Below the pieces are notes generated by a model. The model did not search any database. It saw only the letters and a list, made by a program, of their open reading frames with translations, and was not told the origin of the DNA. Below are positions 49,780 through 58,885 of a DNA stretch of 64,000 nt, piece by piece. Made by a program: the position numbers and the translations under genes. Source of the stretch: Polyangiaceae bacterium (GTDB lineage: Bacteria > Myxococcota_A > Polyangia > Polyangiales > Polyangiaceae); NCBI GenBank assembly GCA_050287085.1, contig JBNKBE010000008.1:8-64007 (forward strand). The letters run 5' to 3'. Each line of letters begins with the position of its first letter. Within the stretch, counting starts at the first letter, position 1.

Positions 49780-52700
49780 TCAGCGTTCCGGTGCAGGCGC
49801 GGAGGCGGAAATCGCAGGCGTTGGGGTGAGAGGCCGTGTTGTCGCTTCGGGGAGTGGCGTGCGCGGCGGAGCGGGTTGGGCGACACGCGGAGGGTCGGCG
49901 GGAGCCGGTCCAAGCGATAGGGTTGTCGCGCCACCACAAGCGAGCCGGGCCGGAAGCCCCCGCGATTGCCACTGCCCGGGTGAGATGCCGAGGCGCACGT
50001 AGCGGGGGCCGCATCGCACTTTCAACCAGCGATTGGTCCGCCCCGCATGGCGACCGTGTACATATACGTTGCTCTCGATCGGGGAGCGGACCATCAGCCA
50101 GCCCTCGTTGGCGTCGAGCTGCAAACCGCCGCCGTCGTCGTCTGGCTCCGGCTCGCGGCTGCCCGCCAGCCCCGAGTCTTCGGCTGAGGCGGCGGCCAGG
50201 CCGCCGGCGCTGCTCGAAGCGTCCGATGAGGTCCCTGGGACGGGCTGTGCTCTCGGTTCGCCCGGACCCGCGCGCAAGCCGCCGGTCCGCTCGTGGGGCG
50301 CTGCCCCCTGAGCGCTTTGCTGCGCGGTAGCGACTGACTTCTGCCCTGGGTTCGCTCTACGGACCAGCTCGCGGACCAGCTCAGGATGTCGAACCAAGGT
50401 GTAGGCTAGGGCGGCCGCAGCGGCCAGCGCCAAGAATAGGACCCAGCGCGCGGCCGAGCGACGCTTCCGAGGCGGCGCGAACTCCGCATCGAAGTCCGCA
50501 TCGAAGTCCACTGCGGGGTCCACAGCGGGGTCCACAGCGGGGTCCACAGCGGGCTCCGACGCCAGGGGCGCGAAGCGCGAGGAGGTTGGAGCGTCGCTTG
50601 GGGCTCCGAGGGCGGTCTCGATGGCGCTCGTGTTCCCGGCGTCCGATGCAGGGGCGGCGGGCGCGGCTATTGCCTCGGGAGCAGGCTCCGGCTCCGGGCG
50701 CGGAGGAGGGGCGAGACCGATCCGCGTTGCGCCGAAGCGATGGGGCGTTACGGGGGCAATCTCAAGTCCGGCGGCGATGAGCGAGTCGTCCAACACCTCA
50801 TCGCCGGCCTGATCGGCGAAACTGAGCGGGCTCTCCGCGCCTTCGAGCTCGGGGGCAAGCGGCCCGTCAGCGGTGGGGTCGGAGGCGGACGAAAGCGACA
50901 CGAACTCGCTCGCTTGGGCGAGCTCGTCGGGGCTTTCCGACCTAGGTGCGCCCGCCCTCAGGTCGCTATTGGGTTTTGGTGGTGGCTGGGCGCTTGTGAC
51001 GCGCGGCGGCGGCTCGCCCGAATCGGGGGGGGGCTTGGGACCTGTTAGGGAAATGATGCCCAGACCCCGGATCTTGGTGGGCGGCTCGTCCCCGGGCGGG
51101 GCGACGCCGCGTGTGGGCAAGTCGCGTGTGGGCAAGTCGGGCGGGGTCGGCGCGGCGTGGGGGGCGCCCGGCTTGGCGGGGGCTCGGCTCGAGGGGGCAA
51201 GCGAGTTTCCCGGGCGCTCGCCACTTTCGGGAACCTCGTTCTTTTCTTCGAAGCCCAGTTCCTCAAAGCTGAGTGAGGACGGCGCGGTTGGGCTCTCGCT
51301 GGGTCGCAGCTGCCCTTGCTCAGCGCTCGAAGCCTCGTCGTCCGGCGAGAGTGCCGACTCCCTCGGGGCGTCTGCGTACGGGGCCGGGAACCGCTCACCT
51401 GCGGCCAGCGGCGGCGCTGAGGTGATGACTTGGTGGGCGGCGAAGGCTGGGTTGTGCTGGTCGGACGCCATCCGCCGCGGCAGGTCGAGGCGCGTTTGCG
51501 GAGCGGGCTTTGTCGAGCTTCGGGCGCTGTCCATGCGGGCTGCACCGTCCGGGCTTGTACCGCGTGCGCTCGCTCTGTCGGAGTCCAAGTCCGGCGGGCT
51601 TGTCGTCGAGCCCGGCGCGATGCTGGACAGCGCCGAGGCCCGGGCTCCGACCGAGCTCTGCCCAGGCGGTCGGTGCATCTGCGGCACAGCGCTTTGGCGG
51701 TGGCGCGGCAGCGTCGGCAAGGTCGGTAGGGTGGGCCGCTCGAGATCGGTATGGGCTTCTTCAAGAGCGCGACGCTCTTTGGACACCGGGCGCGAGCGCA
51801 GCCCAGCGGGTCGGCTGAGGAGATTCGCCCGAGGGCGGGCCGAGCGCGTGGCCCCCACGGGTGGGGCTGAGCCCGTGCCCGGCAGTGCGCTGTCCCGAGC
51901 GGCAGGGCTCGAGGGGGTACTATCCCTGGTCGGTCGTGGCGATACGGCCATGCCTGGCGCTCGCGACATGGACACCGGCATCGGAATACGGAACGGCGCC
52001 GTGGCTCGCGGGGGCACGCTCGCTGACGCGGGCGCTTTGAGGTCGAGGCTCAAGAACCCTTCCTGCCACAGCTGCAGATCCGTTCCCAAACCGTCGAGAA
52101 TCTGCACGGCAAACCCCGGGGGCACGTGCGGTCGCCCCTGCATTCCGTACCCTCGCGTCCAAACGACCCGCCCCTCCAAGCGCACGCGGCGATTGGCTGC
52201 CGGGGGATGCAGCTCCAACCAGACGCGGTCTCCTGGCGGCGCAAGGGTGCGAACGAAGAGACCGTGCTCGCTGACGCTGTAGGTGTAGCCAGCGTCGTCC
52301 TCTTCGTCTCCGGGGGCCCGAAAGAAGACCGTGCCGCCATGCAGCGCGCGCACGCCAGCTCGTCCCGATGACGGCGGCTCCGGATAGACCAGGTTCATCC
52401 CAAATAGGACATTCTCCGGCGGTCCATGAGACGACAACGTTACGGCGTGGTCGAAAGGCGCGACGTCGTCCCGGATTGCGGGCAGATCTCGCTGACGCGA
52501 GAGCACGACCCAGCGCAACTCTGGGTGGGCGCGTAGGGTTTCGGCCAACAAAGGGCGCGGCGCTTCCAGGTCGGCGTTGAAGACAACTACGCGATGCGCG
52601 GGCTCATCCTGGTATGGCAGGCGTTGCAGTTGCTCGCGCAGCGCTGCACCGGACGCGACCCGCAGTACATCGTAGTCCGCGTGTTGGAGCACCCGCTGCA

Positions 52701-53139
52701 ACACGTGGGCGCGCTCCTCGTCGGGTTCTGCAAGGATGACCTGGCCACAAGGTACTTGACTGCGCGGCGTCGGCCAAGGGCCGCGGGTGGCGCGCAAGCG
52801 AGCCCCCAGGCGTCCGGGGGTTCCGCTGGCCACCACGTCGTCCACGCCCCAGCGAAAGGCGTTGGCGAAGGCCAGATCGGTGATCTTCGGCGACAGCCCC
52901 AGAATCACCGCGCGGGAGCGCTCCGAGCGGCTCCTCACAGCCGAACAGAAGCGCGACGCACCGGGCGTCGTGAGGTCGACGATGAACGCATGGAAGTCCT
53001 CAGCATCGAGGCGCGCGATCGCGTCGTCGGCGCGGGCCTCGACCTCACAGGCCAGTTCCGAATCCGAGCACGCGCTCTCGGTGCCGGCAAGCACGCTGCG
53101 GTTCAGGTTGCCCAGCGTTAAGACCGTTGGCCGCCTCAC
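49780..53139 (-). CDS. Large membrane protein: two pseudo-receiver domains, PilZ-like domain, Pro-rich linker, TM helix, PEGA-like tail
   Basis: FIVDL/FRWGVDD and VILAEPD REC-like segments; RAGVR...SVSEHGLFV...EGRVVW..GFAVQ; LMVRS....VYVHG...G.T. Confidence 0.7.
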   Translation of the reverse strand: MRRPTVLTLGNLNRSVLAGTESACSDSELACEVEARADDAIARLDAEDFHAFIVDLTTPGASRFCSAVRSRSERSRAVILGLSPKITDLAFANAFRWGVDDVVASGTPGRLGARLRATRGPWPTPRSQVPCGQVILAEPDEERAHVLQRVLQHADYDVLRVASGAALREQLQRLPYQDEPAHRVVVFNADLEAPRPLLAETLRAHPELRWVVLSRQRDLPAIRDDVAPFDHAVTLSSHGPPENVLFGMNLVYPEPPSSGRAGVRALHGGTVFFRAPGDEEDDAGYTYSVSEHGLFVRTLAPPGDRVWLELHPPAANRRVRLEGRVVWTRGYGMQGRPHVPPGFAVQILDGLGTDLQLWQEGFLSLDLKAPASASVPPRATAPFRIPMPVSMSRAPGMAVSPRPTRDSTPSSPAARDSALPGTGSAPPVGATRSARPRANLLSRPAGLRSRPVSKERRALEEAHTDLERPTLPTLPTLPRHRQSAVPQMHRPPGQSSVGARASALSSIAPGSTTSPPDLDSDRASARGTSPDGAARMDSARSSTKPAPQTRLDLPRRMASDQHNPAFAAHQVITSAPPLAAGERFPAPYADAPRESALSPDDEASSAEQGQLRPSESPTAPSSLSFEELGFEEKNEVPESGERPGNSLAPSSRAPAKPGAPHAAPTPPDLPTRDLPTRGVAPPGDEPPTKIRGLGIISLTGPKPPPDSGEPPPRVTSAQPPPKPNSDLRAGAPRSESPDELAQASEFVSLSSASDPTADGPLAPELEGAESPLSFADQAGDEVLDDSLIAAGLEIAPVTPHRFGATRIGLAPPPRPEPEPAPEAIAAPAAPASDAGNTSAIETALGAPSDAPTSSRFAPLASEPAVDPAVDPAVDPAVDFDADFDAEFAPPRKRRSAARWVLFLALAAAAALAYTLVRHPELVRELVRRANPGQKSVATAQQSAQGAAPHERTGGLRAGPGEPRAQPVPGTSSDASSSAGGLAAASAEDSGLAGSREPEPDDDGGGLQLDANEGWLMVRSPIESNVYVHGRHAGRTNRWLKVRCGPRYVRLGISPGQWQSRGLPARLACGGATTLSLGPAPADPPRVAQPAPPRTPLPEATTRPLTPTPAISASAPAPER
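50482..50551. repeat. 12-bp coding tandem repeats (PAVD x4, DFDA x2)
   Basis: GCGGGGTCCACA units and TCCGCATCGAAG units in tandem. Confidence 0.8.
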
Positions 53140-53356
53140 GCCGCCATCCTATCACGAAATTCCGTCGGGCGTCGCTTTCGCTGTCAAATCCGCGCGTTAG
53201 TCCGCTACCGAGGGGGCGAGGGGGCGCTGTGCGGCTGGTCGGATCCCGGGGTGGTGCGACGCGTGCTCTTGCCTTTTTTCCGGTCGCGGGTGATGCGGCG
53301 GGAAACGTACGCTCCACCGGGTGCTCCGGTGGAGACTCGCGCGGAGAGTGGTAGCG

Positions 53357-53914
53357 ATGCATTCAACCTCAACCAGCGGTCCCATGCCCGGCGCAGCTGC
53401 GGATTCACCGATGGCCCGTCGGGTCGTTGCGGCCCTTACAGTGTTTGTCGTCTTGGCGGTCAGCGCCGTCATGTACGCTGTGCCCGCCACCCCCGAGCCT
53501 GGGCGTCCTACACTTCTAGCCACCCTCAACGCCACGCTCAACGGTCTGTCGGCTTGCGCTCTGCTTCTCGGCTATTACTTCATTCGCCGTGGCGAGCGAG
53601 CCGCTCACCGCGTGTGTATGTTGGCGGCGACCTTGGTGTCTGCCGTCTTCTTGGTCACCTACCTGATCCACCACTCGCAGGTTGGTTCGGTCCACTACGG
53701 CGGGCAGGGACTGCTTCGCGTCGTCTATTTCCTGCTCCTGGTTCCGCACGTGGTTCTGGCAGCGGGCATTTTGCCGATGGCGCTCATGACCCTCTATCGC
53801 GGGCATACCCAGCGCCTGGCGGCGCATCGCAAGTTGGCGCGTTGGACGCTGCCGCTCTGGCTCTACGTCAGTGTGAGCGGTGTCGGCGTGTACTTCATGC
53901 TCTACTTCACGTAG
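53357..53914 (+). CDS. DUF420 family membrane protein
   Basis: LNATLN, AHRVCM, FLV.YL, H..LA, HRKLARWTLPLWLYVSVSG. Confidence 0.88.
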   Translation: MHSTSTSGPMPGAAADSPMARRVVAALTVFVVLAVSAVMYAVPATPEPGRPTLLATLNATLNGLSACALLLGYYFIRRGERAAHRVCMLAATLVSAVFLVTYLIHHSQVGSVHYGGQGLLRVVYFLLLVPHVVLAAGILPMALMTLYRGHTQRLAAHRKLARWTLPLWLYVSVSGVGVYFMLYFT

Positions 53915-54077
53915 GAGCGCTGAACCTGGCGGCCGGAGGTGATGGCGTGCGCGCAGCGTAGACAGGGCGCGCCGCTTGGACAATGCTGCTCCGTCCACGG
54001 CATGAGGCTTGAGCGATGACGACTTCAACTTCGCTACCGGCTGCGCTGAGCTCCGGGCGCCGGAGGCGCTGGTTCAT

Positions 54078-54527
54078 TTGAGAGCCGTATTGCAGCGCGT
54101 GGAGCGGGCCGAGGTCACGGTCTCGGGGGACGTTGTCGGGGCCATCGAGGCTGGAATCGTCGCTTTGGTGGGCGTGGGCGTCGCAGACACGCCAGCCGAC
54201 GCGCAGTGGCTGGCTTCAAAAGTGGCCACGGCTCGCATCTTTCGCGACGTCGCTGGGCTCATGAATCTCGACTTGCTGTCAAGCGGGGGGCATCTCCTTG
54301 CAATCTCCCAGTTTACCCTGTTTGGGGATCTGCGCCGGGGTCGGCGTCCGAGCTTCTCAAGGGCGCTAGCACCCGCGGAGGCCGAGCCGCTATTCGACTG
54401 TTTTGTCGCCGAATGTCGCGCGCTGGGGGTGGTGACGCTTACCGGGCGTTTTGGCGCTGAGATGAAAGTCAGTCTGTGCAATGACGGTCCCGTCACTCTG
54501 CTACTCGACTCGAAGAAGTTGTTCTGA
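54078..54527 (+). CDS. dtd: D-aminoacyl-tRNA deacylase
   Basis: TTG start with GGAGG RBS; RAVLQRV, SQFTL, GRRPSF, NDGPVT. Confidence 0.95.
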   Translation: MRAVLQRVERAEVTVSGDVVGAIEAGIVALVGVGVADTPADAQWLASKVATARIFRDVAGLMNLDLLSSGGHLLAISQFTLFGDLRRGRRPSFSRALAPAEAEPLFDCFVAECRALGVVTLTGRFGAEMKVSLCNDGPVTLLLDSKKLF

Positions 54528-56212
54528 TGCTATTTGCCAGCGCTGACTTCTTGCTTTTTATCGTTCCAGTGCTGCTCTGCTACTGGCTGCTGCGCGGACG
54601 TGGCAAGAGCGGCCTTTGGCTGCTGCTGGCGGCTAGCTACTTTTTCTACGCCGCCGGTCCCGCTCCAGCGACTGGGGAGTTGCCTCCGGCCTGGTACTTC
54701 GTGGGTCTGCTGGTTGGCTCGACGCTGGTCGACTACATTTGCGCGCTCCGGATAGCGGCCAGCGCAAGTCGAGGGGTGCGCGCCGCATGGCTTGCGACCA
54801 GTTTGCTGGCCAATCTCGGTCTACTTGCGTACTTCAAGTATACGGGCTTCTGTTTGGACGTGGCCCGCGCGGTCGCCGAAGGCTTGGCTCTGCACGCCGC
54901 GATCCCCACCTTCGAAGCGGTGCTGCCCATCGGGATCAGCTTCTACACGTTCCAAAGCTTGAGCTACACGATCGACGTTTGGCGCGGACGCCTCGCCGCT
55001 GAGCGAAGCTTGCTGCGCTTTGCGGTCTACGTGGCGTTCTTTCCGCAGTTGGTGGCGGGGCCCATCGTGCGTGCGACCGAGTTCTTGCCCCAGCTGCGCG
55101 CTCCCTCGCGGGTGGGGGTTGAACAGGTAAACGAGGCGGTGTTTCGCATCGCCAAAGGCGTCGTGAAGAAGGTTCTTCTGGGGGACTTCATTGCGGCGAG
55201 CTTCGCCGATCTAGTCTTTGCTTCGCCCGCAGACTACTCGTCGCTGGAAAACCTGCTGGCTCTCTATGCCTTCACGCTGCAGATCTACGCGGACTTCTCG
55301 GGGTATTCTGACATCGCCATCGGGGTCGCGTTGCTCATGGGTTATCGCCTTCCGGAAAACTTCGCTCGGCCCTACCAGGCTGGAAGCGTCGGCGAATTTT
55401 GGCGTCGCTGGCACATGACTCTGTCGACATGGCTGCGCGATTACCTATTCTTCCCCTTGGGCGGTAGCCGTCGCGGCCGTGGTCGCAACTACTTCAACCT
55501 ATGGCTCACCATGTTCTTGGTGGGGTTGTGGCACGGCGCTAGTTGGAACTTCCTGGTCTATGCGAACCTCCAGGCCTTCGCGATGGTCTTGAGCCGAGCC
55601 TTGCGGGATCTCCGGCAGCTGCGTGGGCGTGCTCTCGCGTTGGTCGTGGCGGCGGCAGTTGTGGCCTTGGGTACCAGCGCACTCGTTTTTGGTGCCTTGG
55701 GCTTACCGTGGAGTGTGGGGTGGAAGTGGGTCGCTCTGGCCTGCGCGGGAGCGGCCCTGACGGCCCTGCTGCCGCTCGACTCCGTGGGAGCTTGGTCACG
55801 TCCCTTGCACGTTGTTCTGACCTTCCATTTCTGTGTTCTGTCGCGGATCTTCTTTCGAGCGCCAGATCTCGAACACGCCACCGCGATGGTGACCCAGCTC
55901 GCCTCCTGGGACGGCCTTGGGATTCGGCCGGGGCTCTTGTCTCTGCCCAGCTGGGTCGAGGCGGCGCGCGCCTTGCAATCGTCGCCGGCGTTGCGAGCTG
56001 GGCTGGCCTGGACCGGCGATTGGGGACTGGGACTGTTATTGGCGTTTGGACTGCTCATTCACTTCACGCCTAGCTCACTGCCGGAGCGCTGGGGACGGCG
56101 TCTCGTCGCCGCTCTGCCGGCACCCGTCTTGGGGCTGGCCTTGTCGGTGCTGGTGTGGATGCTTTCCGACTTGCTATCGGGACCGAGGGCCAATATCTAC
56201 TTCGCGTTCTGA
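54527..56212 (+). CDS. MBOAT O-acyltransferase (AlgI/PatA/DltB family)
   Basis: LPIGISFYTFQ, FFPQLVAGPI, DFSGYSD, FWRRWHMTLS, GLWHGA; C-terminal NIYFAF. Confidence 0.93.
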   Translation: MLFASADFLLFIVPVLLCYWLLRGRGKSGLWLLLAASYFFYAAGPAPATGELPPAWYFVGLLVGSTLVDYICALRIAASASRGVRAAWLATSLLANLGLLAYFKYTGFCLDVARAVAEGLALHAAIPTFEAVLPIGISFYTFQSLSYTIDVWRGRLAAERSLLRFAVYVAFFPQLVAGPIVRATEFLPQLRAPSRVGVEQVNEAVFRIAKGVVKKVLLGDFIAASFADLVFASPADYSSLENLLALYAFTLQIYADFSGYSDIAIGVALLMGYRLPENFARPYQAGSVGEFWRRWHMTLSTWLRDYLFFPLGGSRRGRGRNYFNLWLTMFLVGLWHGASWNFLVYANLQAFAMVLSRALRDLRQLRGRALALVVAAAVVALGTSALVFGALGLPWSVGWKWVALACAGAALTALLPLDSVGAWSRPLHVVLTFHFCVLSRIFFRAPDLEHATAMVTQLASWDGLGIRPGLLSLPSWVEAARALQSSPALRAGLAWTGDWGLGLLLAFGLLIHFTPSSLPERWGRRLVAALPAPVLGLALSVLVWMLSDLLSGPRANIYFAF

Positions 56213-56245
56213 TCGGATGCGCCGGCGCGTCCGTGGTTCGCTTGC

Positions 56246-58774
56246 ATGGCAGCTTCCCGTCCTCCTCCCTTTGACCGCGCTCGATTGAAAGCCAGTCTGC
56301 GAGCGCGCGCCGGTGGGCAGTCGACGCGTCCGCCGCCGCTGGTGCCGCCAAGACCCGGCCATTTGCCGGACAGTGTGCCGCCGCGTCCGCCGCCTTCCAT
56401 GCCTCCTGGCCCGCCGCGCCGCCTTCCGCCGGTTCCGTCGCGCGCAGGGAGTACGCTGCGTCCGCCGCCTCCGACGCTGCCGCCGCCTCCGCTGCGGGGC
56501 CTGGTTGGAGCTCCGCCTCGTCTGGAGTCGGTGGCACAGCCCAAAGCGCAGCGTGGGCGAGTTCCCCGACAATCCGGAACGCCCAGCCTTGCTCCACCGC
56601 CGCTACCGTCTTTTGCTCCTCCCGCTGGCGGTGCGGACAGGCTGCGTGAACGACCTAGGAGTCCCGGCCGCAGCGTAACTGTGCCTCCGCCGCGCAGCAC
56701 GTGGCCGGCGTCTCACCCCTTGCCCGCCCCGAGCGGGGGTCTGCGCGCGCCGAGCGAAGGCGCGCGTTTGGTGTCCGCGCCTCCGCCGGCGCCGGTTGTG
56801 CTTCGGCCGGGGCCGGCGGAAGAGCTATCCGCCGTGCAGCGCTCGGGGCATGACCTTTCATTGCCAGCGCCGCGCTCGCTGCTGACTGCATCGCCCAGGC
56901 CGCTCTCCGCGGGTCCGGCAAAGCCGTTGGAGTCGCGATGGCCCCTGGCCGGTGCGGCTCCCTTGAGGGGCTTGCAGCGTCCAGCGCTCGAAGTGGGAGC
57001 ACCGGACGTTCTGGGCAGCGTACCAGCGTCTTCTCACGCTACGCTCTTCGACGTTTCGGCGGCCGCGGCGGCCGAGGAGCACGCGCCCCCGGAACGTCAG
57101 CTCGGGGAGGTTTCGACGAGAGCCAAGCGTCGTGCCACGTGGATCGGTGGGGTTATGCTAGCCCTACTGGCCGCGACCTACGCCGTGCCCGGATGGCGTG
57201 CGCTCAGACCGTGGAGTTTCGAGCAGGGGAGCGTTCCTTTTTGGAATGTCGTGGGGCGAGAGTTTCTGGGCGACGAGCAGCGCGTTCGCGACGAAATGGA
57301 GGCGATTCGAGAGCTGAACGCTCGGACCCGTCGGGTCACAGCGGCGAGCGCTCGGAGCGCGGCGACTCGCAAAGTGCCCGCGCCGGCCGCACCCAAGGCG
57401 CCAGCGTCGGCGGGGTTGCCTACTTCGGCTCGAGACGTTTCGTCGCTCGAGGCAAAGCCTGAGGAGCTCCGCTTCCAACCCTACACAGGGCACGACGACG
57501 ACTCGATGGAGCCCAAGGTTCCCATCGAGAATCCGCAGCGCCTGGCCCGTTTCTTCGAGAAGCTGGCGCTGGCTGAAATGCAGCTTCCGGGCGCTATCGC
57601 GCGCGTCGGGCATTGGGGGGACTCGGTGCTGGGCAACGACGGGATCACGTCTGCGCTGCGTCGCCGCTTTCAGGCTCGCTTTGGCGATGCGGGGCATGGC
57701 TACCATCTTCTGGCGCGCTACAATATGGCCTATCGCCATCAGGGCATTCGCTTCAGTAGTCGCGGGCAATTCCGCAAGTGTGAGATCATCTTCAAGTGTG
57801 AGGAGGATGGTCGCTACGGTTATGGCGGCGTGACGGCTGCATCCTCTGGCGGCGGTACGGCGGGTTATGAGACGACGAGCGAGGGATGGGGCTCTGCTGT
57901 CTCGCGCTTTGAGCTTTGGTTTGCAAAAGGCCCCAAGGGCGGGAAGTTCCAGATCAAGGTCGATGGCGATGTGAGCGCCGTCGTCAATACCTTTTCCGAT
58001 TCGCCTGCCGACGGCTTCTACGAAGTAAGGGTGCCGGACGGACCTCATAGTTTCGAGGTGCGAGCCATCGGAGACGGAATCGCTCGCGGCTACGGGGTCG
58101 TCTTGGAACGAGACGTACCGGGCGTTGTTTGGGATGGGCTGTCGCTCATCGGTAGCTTCACGCAGCGCCTCGACTATCAAGAACCGGCGCACCTAGCCGC
58201 TCAGATAGGCCACCGGGACAACGACTTGCTCGTATTCTTGCTAGGAGGCAACGACGTCCAGCGCGAGCACATGGACTTGGTGCGCAACACCGCTCCCTAC
58301 GAAGCAGAATACACGCGGGTGTTGCGCAAGTTCAGGGCCGGTAAGCCTGAAGCGTCCTGTCTGGTGATGAGCGTGACCGATCATGGTGAGCGTTTGGACG
58401 GGGGGACTCTGCGCTCGCGTCGGATTATCCCACGGCTCGTGGCGGCGCAGCGCAAAGTGGCTGACGCTGAGGGCTGCGCGTTTTTTGATACATTTGCGGC
58501 GATGGGGGGCGACGGGGCTATCGTGCGCTGGTACCGCGCGCGCCCGCAGCTAGCGGGGCCCGATCTCGCTCATCCCACAACGCCGGGCCACGAGGCCATC
58601 GCTGAACTTCTCTACGCTGCGTTGGCGAAGGACTACGCACGCTTTCGAGAGGAACTCACGGGAGCAAGGCTGCCGGAGTGGTGGACGAGAGGGCGACGGC
58701 CTCTGGCGTCAGCGCCGGAGGATGGGGCCCGGCGCAGCGGGGCACCCCCAGCGTTCGGCGGGGCGGGCCAGTAG
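56246..58774 (+). CDS. SGNH/GDSL protein (PatB-like O-acetyltransferase) with long Pro-rich N-terminus; start uncertain
   Basis: WGDS, LLGGND and DLAHP blocks; one TM helix; follows the MBOAT gene. Confidence 0.8.
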   Translation: MAASRPPPFDRARLKASLRARAGGQSTRPPPLVPPRPGHLPDSVPPRPPPSMPPGPPRRLPPVPSRAGSTLRPPPPTLPPPPLRGLVGAPPRLESVAQPKAQRGRVPRQSGTPSLAPPPLPSFAPPAGGADRLRERPRSPGRSVTVPPPRSTWPASHPLPAPSGGLRAPSEGARLVSAPPPAPVVLRPGPAEELSAVQRSGHDLSLPAPRSLLTASPRPLSAGPAKPLESRWPLAGAAPLRGLQRPALEVGAPDVLGSVPASSHATLFDVSAAAAAEEHAPPERQLGEVSTRAKRRATWIGGVMLALLAATYAVPGWRALRPWSFEQGSVPFWNVVGREFLGDEQRVRDEMEAIRELNARTRRVTAASARSAATRKVPAPAAPKAPASAGLPTSARDVSSLEAKPEELRFQPYTGHDDDSMEPKVPIENPQRLARFFEKLALAEMQLPGAIARVGHWGDSVLGNDGITSALRRRFQARFGDAGHGYHLLARYNMAYRHQGIRFSSRGQFRKCEIIFKCEEDGRYGYGGVTAASSGGGTAGYETTSEGWGSAVSRFELWFAKGPKGGKFQIKVDGDVSAVVNTFSDSPADGFYEVRVPDGPHSFEVRAIGDGIARGYGVVLERDVPGVVWDGLSLIGSFTQRLDYQEPAHLAAQIGHRDNDLLVFLLGGNDVQREHMDLVRNTAPYEAEYTRVLRKFRAGKPEASCLVMSVTDHGERLDGGTLRSRRIIPRLVAAQRKVADAEGCAFFDTFAAMGGDGAIVRWYRARPQLAGPDLAHPTTPGHEAIAELLYAALAKDYARFREELTGARLPEWWTRGRRPLASAPEDGARRSGAPPAFGGAGQ

Positions 58775-58809
58775 GCAGCTACGCTGGGCGCGACGGCTCG
58801 TAAACAGCA

Positions 58810-58835
58810 CAGGGAGCGAGCAAGCTCGCTCCCTG
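58810..58835. terminator. Hairpin between convergent genes (probable bidirectional terminator)
   Basis: Perfect 11-bp stem CAGGGAGCGAG-CAAG-CTCGCTCCCTG. Confidence 0.7.
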
Positions 58836-58885
58836 CTTCTGTACCTCGCCGGTCCCCGGGGAGGACCGGCGAGGCTACGGAGGGA

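Noticed and set aside
50873..52282. Long plus-strand ORFs here and at 45161-46135
   Set aside because: Antisense to Pro-rich genes in high-GC DNA; no motifs of their own.
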